Shown here: piece by piece, positions 58,632 through 64,000 of the stretch
Layout: every line of letters begins with the position of its first letter
Numbering within the stretch: position 1 is the first letter of the stretch
Assembly: GCA_017499595.2 (NCBI GenBank)
Contig: CM039004.1
Location: 62,001 to 126,000 of the forward strand
DNA: 64,000 bases
Direction of reading: 5' to 3'
Origin: Psilocybe cubensis
Lineage: Eukaryota
Notes under the pieces: model-generated
What the model was told of the DNA's origin: nothing
Database searches by the model: none
The model's input: only the letters and a program-made list of their open reading frames with translations
Program-made: the position numbers and the translations under genes

Positions 58632-59897
58632 TTACTGATTTAAACCTGTGTGATCCTGTGGTCTCAACATCATATCAACATGCTCTGTCCCAATAGCGAG
58701 CGTATTTGAGTTGATAGAAGTGTCAAAATCTACACCATGGAGATATGTTGATATGTTAGGCGCCGAGGCGGCAGTATCGGTTTTGTTTGCAACTGCAAGA
58801 CGCAGTACCATGATGGTCGGCGCAAGTCCCTGCCAAGTTATTGAGAATATAGTGCCATACAATAAGCCAGCCAAATACATACCGAGGCAAGGTATAAAGC
58901 CATAACAGTGTAATCAGGCACTTGTGACCATCGCGATTGAATGTCATAGAATATATGACTGAATGTAGATATGGCTACAAAGAGTAGAATTAGCGCATAT
59001 ATTACAGATGATTCAACCATGGTGGTAAATATGCGCGCGTATCTTGATGTGAATCGGTTGGTGTTGTTAGAAGCAGTGTAAATTCTGTATCCTATAAGAA
59101 ATGTGGTGGAGAACGTAGTGGCCAGACACGTGAATAAGAAAGCTGCATTGACGTGGTTGATTAAATTTTCCTGTGCTTGAGTGGTGACTATAGTAGTCAA
59201 TGAATTAATTACTGTAGCAGTGATAATCAGGGCTATTATGCAATCGGTTTAGCCTTTGACTTAAGAACATAAATACGACGCACCAGACTCTACAAATAAC
59301 AATAGCAGTAAAACCGCTACAATCTTCAACGATTGACCCCATACGTGGTAGCATCTCCAAATCTATGGCAAAACTTAACTTCTATCCAGACCCGGATTGA
59401 TGCACAAACCAAAAGGCCATCAGCAATGATAAGACACAAGTTCTGGCAGGCGTTGATTGTTTCAACAAACCAAAAAGGATATTCAAAGTAAGTCCAGAAT
59501 ATGGAATTTTTTGTGTCTCCGTGGGCGACATAAGACCATTTGATAAAATACCACTGGATATAACAATTTAAAAGGCTCAAGCAATAGAGAGCGGTTATTG
59601 TTGCCAAAACAATTTTTTGGCTCCGGCTCATAGGTGTTGATCCTTTGTCAACTTTTGGAGGAATATGAGTGTCTTTTTAGGATGTTCTCTCTGACATGAG
59701 TCACATACCGTAAATATACACAGTAGCACCATAGATCATTGTATAAATCCCTATCCAAGTATAAGTCATATGATTTTTGCTGGTGGTTAAAGGCAACGCT
59801 CACCCATGAGGAAATTTTGTAGCATAGAAGTATTCAGAAGTGGACTGATTATGTCATTTTCAACGTATGCCGAAAGTGTTGTGTTGAAGATGACCAT
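58632..59897 (-). CDS. Multi-exon integral membrane protein (agaricomycete-type multi-pass, GPCR-like family)
   Basis: Hydrophobic exons with IIADGLL(IWRC-like), TTFLIGYRI, MVESSVIY and GLAPTIMVLRLA, separated by short introns. ATG at 59897. Confidence 0.75.
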
Positions 59898-62800
59898 ATT
59901 CAAACGATCCCAGATGATAGCGATAGAACCATAAATCAGACCGAGCAACCCCTACTTATATCTTTTGAATCCCCGAGTGATGCGATGCCAATATAGATTG
60001 TGTGATACATCTATTTTTGATACTCAAGTTCTTGATTCGAAGCATCCAGAAAATCACTACGGTGACCTCTATATCACTGCCTGTAACGTTTTATGAATGA
60101 AGAAAATTTAGCACATTTCACATCAAATCCTGGGACAGTGGAGTGTATACAGCGAGATATTTAATATGTCCATCACGTGTATTCTGTAAACGACGAATTA
60201 TTTAATTGCCATGTCAATAATACTCGCCATAAACCCTACAGACCTGTCATTTGGTGGGCAAAAGCGGCACGAGAAGCAATCACATCACTATATTAATCCT
60301 TGTCATGTGTGTGCGGAATCTGTAAGAGCATTTGAGACGACTTAAACCAGAGAGGAGCCACAGAGAAGTAGATTTAGGTAGTCAAGACGAAGAACACGGG
60401 TTTAGGGTGGGAATACGATGCGAAATAGGACAGAATGGATTGCCATCTGATTGTTGAGTCACGGAAACAATCGGGCCTCACTTTATCTCGCACGAATTCG
60501 GGTATAAATACACCTCGTAAAACGTTGGTTTTCATAGTTACCTTTCAAAGAAAAGACATGTAAGCCAACAACGGGAGCTCTCACCAAGAGAGAGGAATAT
60601 TAAAACGCAGTTGGATACTCCCTAAACTCACTTTATAACCCACAGATCTTGCATGGGCTCCACACTCTCCCAGGATGGTCGCCATATAGAGGATTTCCAC
60701 GGTACCAACCGGGTCTCCATCCATCCACTCATCCCTTTCCCCGAAAAGGTCTGATTTCACGGTCACCCGACCCTCACAGGTATGCACTTTTGTTTCTACC
60801 CCGAATCATACCTCCCAGTATCCGCCATATAGTTGTATGACACAGATTGAGGGAAAAGGGGGTTCGGGATGAGTCTTATTGGCGACGGGGATGCGGATCA
60901 AGTCAAAGATTAATGAAGTTGTTAAATGACCTACAGGAAGCCCCCGAACGTTGATTGGAATCGGAAGGTTATATGCGCAGATATCATTGCGCATATATCC
61001 TGTCGCAACGACATAGGCGGACCGTGCCCGTCCGCATTTATACGGTTATATTGATTGTCTGGGATGTCAACTCACCTTCTATTATCCTCTACATCACACA
61101 CAACTCAGCAATGTACATATGAGTCATCGCACAAGCTCAGCATGGATGCCATGGAACAACGCACCAAACCAAAGGTCGAGGTACACATCAAAAGGTATCG
61201 CAACTCATGGACGACAACCGCGCAGGTGACGGCAAGCAAAGAACATCTTTAGTTAACCAGTCAATTACAATCCAGTCCCATACGCATACGTCGACAAATC
61301 ACAAATACCTGGGAAAACTCCCAAAAAAACGTATGAAGGGGTAAACACTAGAATGTTTGGAACAATGGTATCGGTTTGCACGGCTTAACAGGTTGGGTAA
61401 TGAGTCCCTTGGAGTAACCGATGAAGGAGTGAATTGTGAGTTGAACTTTAAGCCTGACGGCATGAGTGAATGTACTATCCATCACCACCCCAGTCTATTC
61501 AGGAAAAATATCCTAATCCTAACACGCACCCGCCATGTATAAACGCTGCAATAACACCCCGTATCCATCGTTGCTAGTGTACAATAGAGATCATGGGATA
61601 AGGGAGGTCGATCGGACGGGTGGAGTGGATTTTTGATGGGAATGTGGATAGGTATGGGGATGGGAATGAAGGTAGACAGTGAGATTATATACATCTGCTT
61701 TGATGTTTCAAATGTTTCATTGCACAACCCCATCATGATGGAATTGCGGAGAGGATCGGAGAGAAAAAAAAGAGACTGAGGAGAAGGAGGTAGTCCCTAT
61801 CTAGTTTAGAAAAGCCAACCTGATATCAAACGGCCCCGGACCAGCAAAGAGTGACGTACCGGGACAATTTTAGATTAAATCCATCTCTGAAGGTATGCCA
61901 ACTCATCAATACAGTCACGAAAATAAAGAAAAATATAAAAAATCCCTGCTCAAACACCTGAACAGCTATGATACAACCGATTCACATACGCGATTACGAA
62001 TGTCTTCTGAACTCCCCATTGCCGTCATCGCCTTTGCATAAAAGGAGACCGGGAAGTAAGGTTCAAATGTAGGCGTATGTAATACGTTCGGTCTTATTTC
62101 AAGTTGTCGTGTTTGGGAATATTGCGATTTCAGATATTTTTGGATTGTGTAGTGGTTTGGGTGATGGATGCGACCGCCTTTGATTGAGCTGATGCGGTTG
62201 ATTTCGGATATCGCCGGCTGATACATCCCCTGCTTCGTTTCCGGGGGTCTCCGTCTTTCTGCCACTCCTCTGAAAGCACTCGGAATATCCACACAATACA
62301 CCTCTCGTCAATACTCCAATCGTTTGGAACACGCAGTCAAATATGTGCAGTTCAATGTAACGGTTTCTCGTTTCTCGCCTGACAGACTGCGTTTGTGATG
62401 GGGTTGGGATAATGGGAGGAAGCACAACGAGGTAGAACAGGTGATGTATTCACATTTATGTTTTCTCGAGACGCGCCATGTGCACAAATTGATTTTGTCT
62501 TTCTCTGCATGAGCCAGCCGAGCTATGCCTATCGTGGTTCTCACTGTTCCTGTCAACTCACCTGATCCCCTTTATGTTCGCTATACCCCAACAGAATCAC
62601 CATCCCCGTGTCCTCTCCTACACACCACACCCTCATCGTGTAAATTGGGATAGGAAATTGCTTACAGGAACTGTACCTTCACCACACCGACTCACATCCA
62701 CCCATTCGGTTATGCAGCTGATCTTCGTATGGTTAAGCATACTCTCCTTTGAAAATGCTTACTTATCCCGGACTTTCTACTGGCTGTGCAATGCTACGCT

Positions 62801-63301
62801 CATACTGTTGGCTCTTCGCGCTTCTATCTTTCTGCTATGTCTTGTCTCCTGCACCGAATTACTGACCTATTTCGCTTAGACATGTTGTAACGGACCCTCG
62901 TGTTATAACCGTTCATCCTCCCCAACCTAAATACGCTCATATCTGCTAACCAGTAACCCGCGTTTCCAACGGCGCTTTTATAGCGATTGAAGTCTAGTCA
63001 ACGAGAAGTGGTCACCTGCATCCACACGTGTATGCGTATAGGGTCTTGTCCGTGATATCGTGTCGAACCTCGACGCAGACTTGGACACGGACCACAGCCA
63101 CGGGAACCTGCAGTGAGTCATTGTCCTTGTCCACTTCTTTCTCTCCGCTTTCCATTTCTCTAGCCAACCTCTCCGCTTTCCATTTCTCTAGCCAACCGTA
63201 AAGTATATCACATTGCTTCCCATTGACCTTCCCGCTACTTTCGTTGTTTGTTGTAAAGTATCTAGTACAAGACCTCCAGGAGCTGGTGGGACTATCCAAC
63301 G

Positions 63302-64000
63302 CTAGTTCCTACTGTTGACCGCTAACCTCGAATGCTGGATTTTTGATTCGTTTGAGAGGATTAGCGACGGGTTAGTTATCGAATATGCATCCGTGTCATC
63401 CGTTCCTGATATAGTAATGCGGGCAACGAGAATTGTTGGTGCAATTGCCTGCAGGCCTCAAACAGCTTAGTACAATCAAAAGTTGTTAACTTATCAACAT
63501 TTGATTACGCACCGCAATAAATATGACAAATCTCTCTGCATACAAAAGGTATTCCTGCTCTACGCAAGACATTCTTACTAGTATATGCTCGATATTCACT
63601 ACCTGATGTTGATATATGCTGTCATCTTCACCGTTAAATAGGACTGCTCGTATAGCCGTTAAAATTGCATAGAAAAGTAAGGAAGCTGCATGTAGAAAGC
63701 TTGACTCCAAAACAACTCGGAGGATATGGGATAGACGTGTTTCATGTTTTCGGAAACTGACTCTGGAGACCATATGAATTCTGTAAGCGATGAGGGATGA
63801 TACGATGACCGTGGCTATAAAGGAAATGTATATAGAAATCAATAACCAGATAATGGCCGTTGTCGCAGATCCAATTGAGAATAATACTGCATATGAAAGG
63901 TTGAGAGACTTAGAGTGCATATGATTTAAAACCTACCGATTTCCAGAACCACTAGCACAAAGGGTAAAGCAATAACACGTTTGGACATTCCCCAAATATA
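63302..64000 (-). CDS. C-terminal part of a second membrane protein of the same family (5' end outside window)
   Basis: SSLIAYRI, RVVLESSFLH, an intron, then AIAPTILVARI. Stop at 63302-63304. Confidence 0.7.

Noticed and set aside
60200-62900. Possible minus-strand multi-exon gene between the two membrane-protein genes
   Set aside because: Only short ORFs with no recognisable motif.

Overview
Eukaryotic, intron-bearing fungal DNA, most likely an agaricomycete. It reads as a left chromosome end, with C-rich CCCTAAA repeats on + and the telomere inferred to lie left of base 1. The window is a layered record of repeated end replacement. It holds three endonuclease-less, telomere-attached Penelope-like (Coprina-type) retroelements (1-2640, 2653-5955, 40374-45461), each with a hammerhead ribozyme, a conserved GAA/tandem-GA hairpin on the cDNA strand and an apparent intron inside a telomeric-repeat tract. 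It also holds buried former telomeres (~2640, ~5950, ~45470), a young Ty3/Gypsy chromovirus (24959-30599), a telomere-linked-helicase-like gene cut off by telomere addition, a 2.75-kb long inverted repeat and mosaics of host gene fragments (HSP60, importin-5, PSD2, YML020W-like). The most striking feature is an unclassified element ('X'). Its four same-orientation copies share one fixed, centromere-proximal end (palindrome array, hairpin, AATAAGCCTAG) and have no visible second end. In three checkable cases the end is joined at an AG to a target whose distal part is missing. This suggests a single-ended element that replaces chromosome ends. Ordinary-looking chromosome (a MITE and membrane-protein genes) starts only after ~56.4 kb. 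All family assignments come from motif recognition, not database searches.
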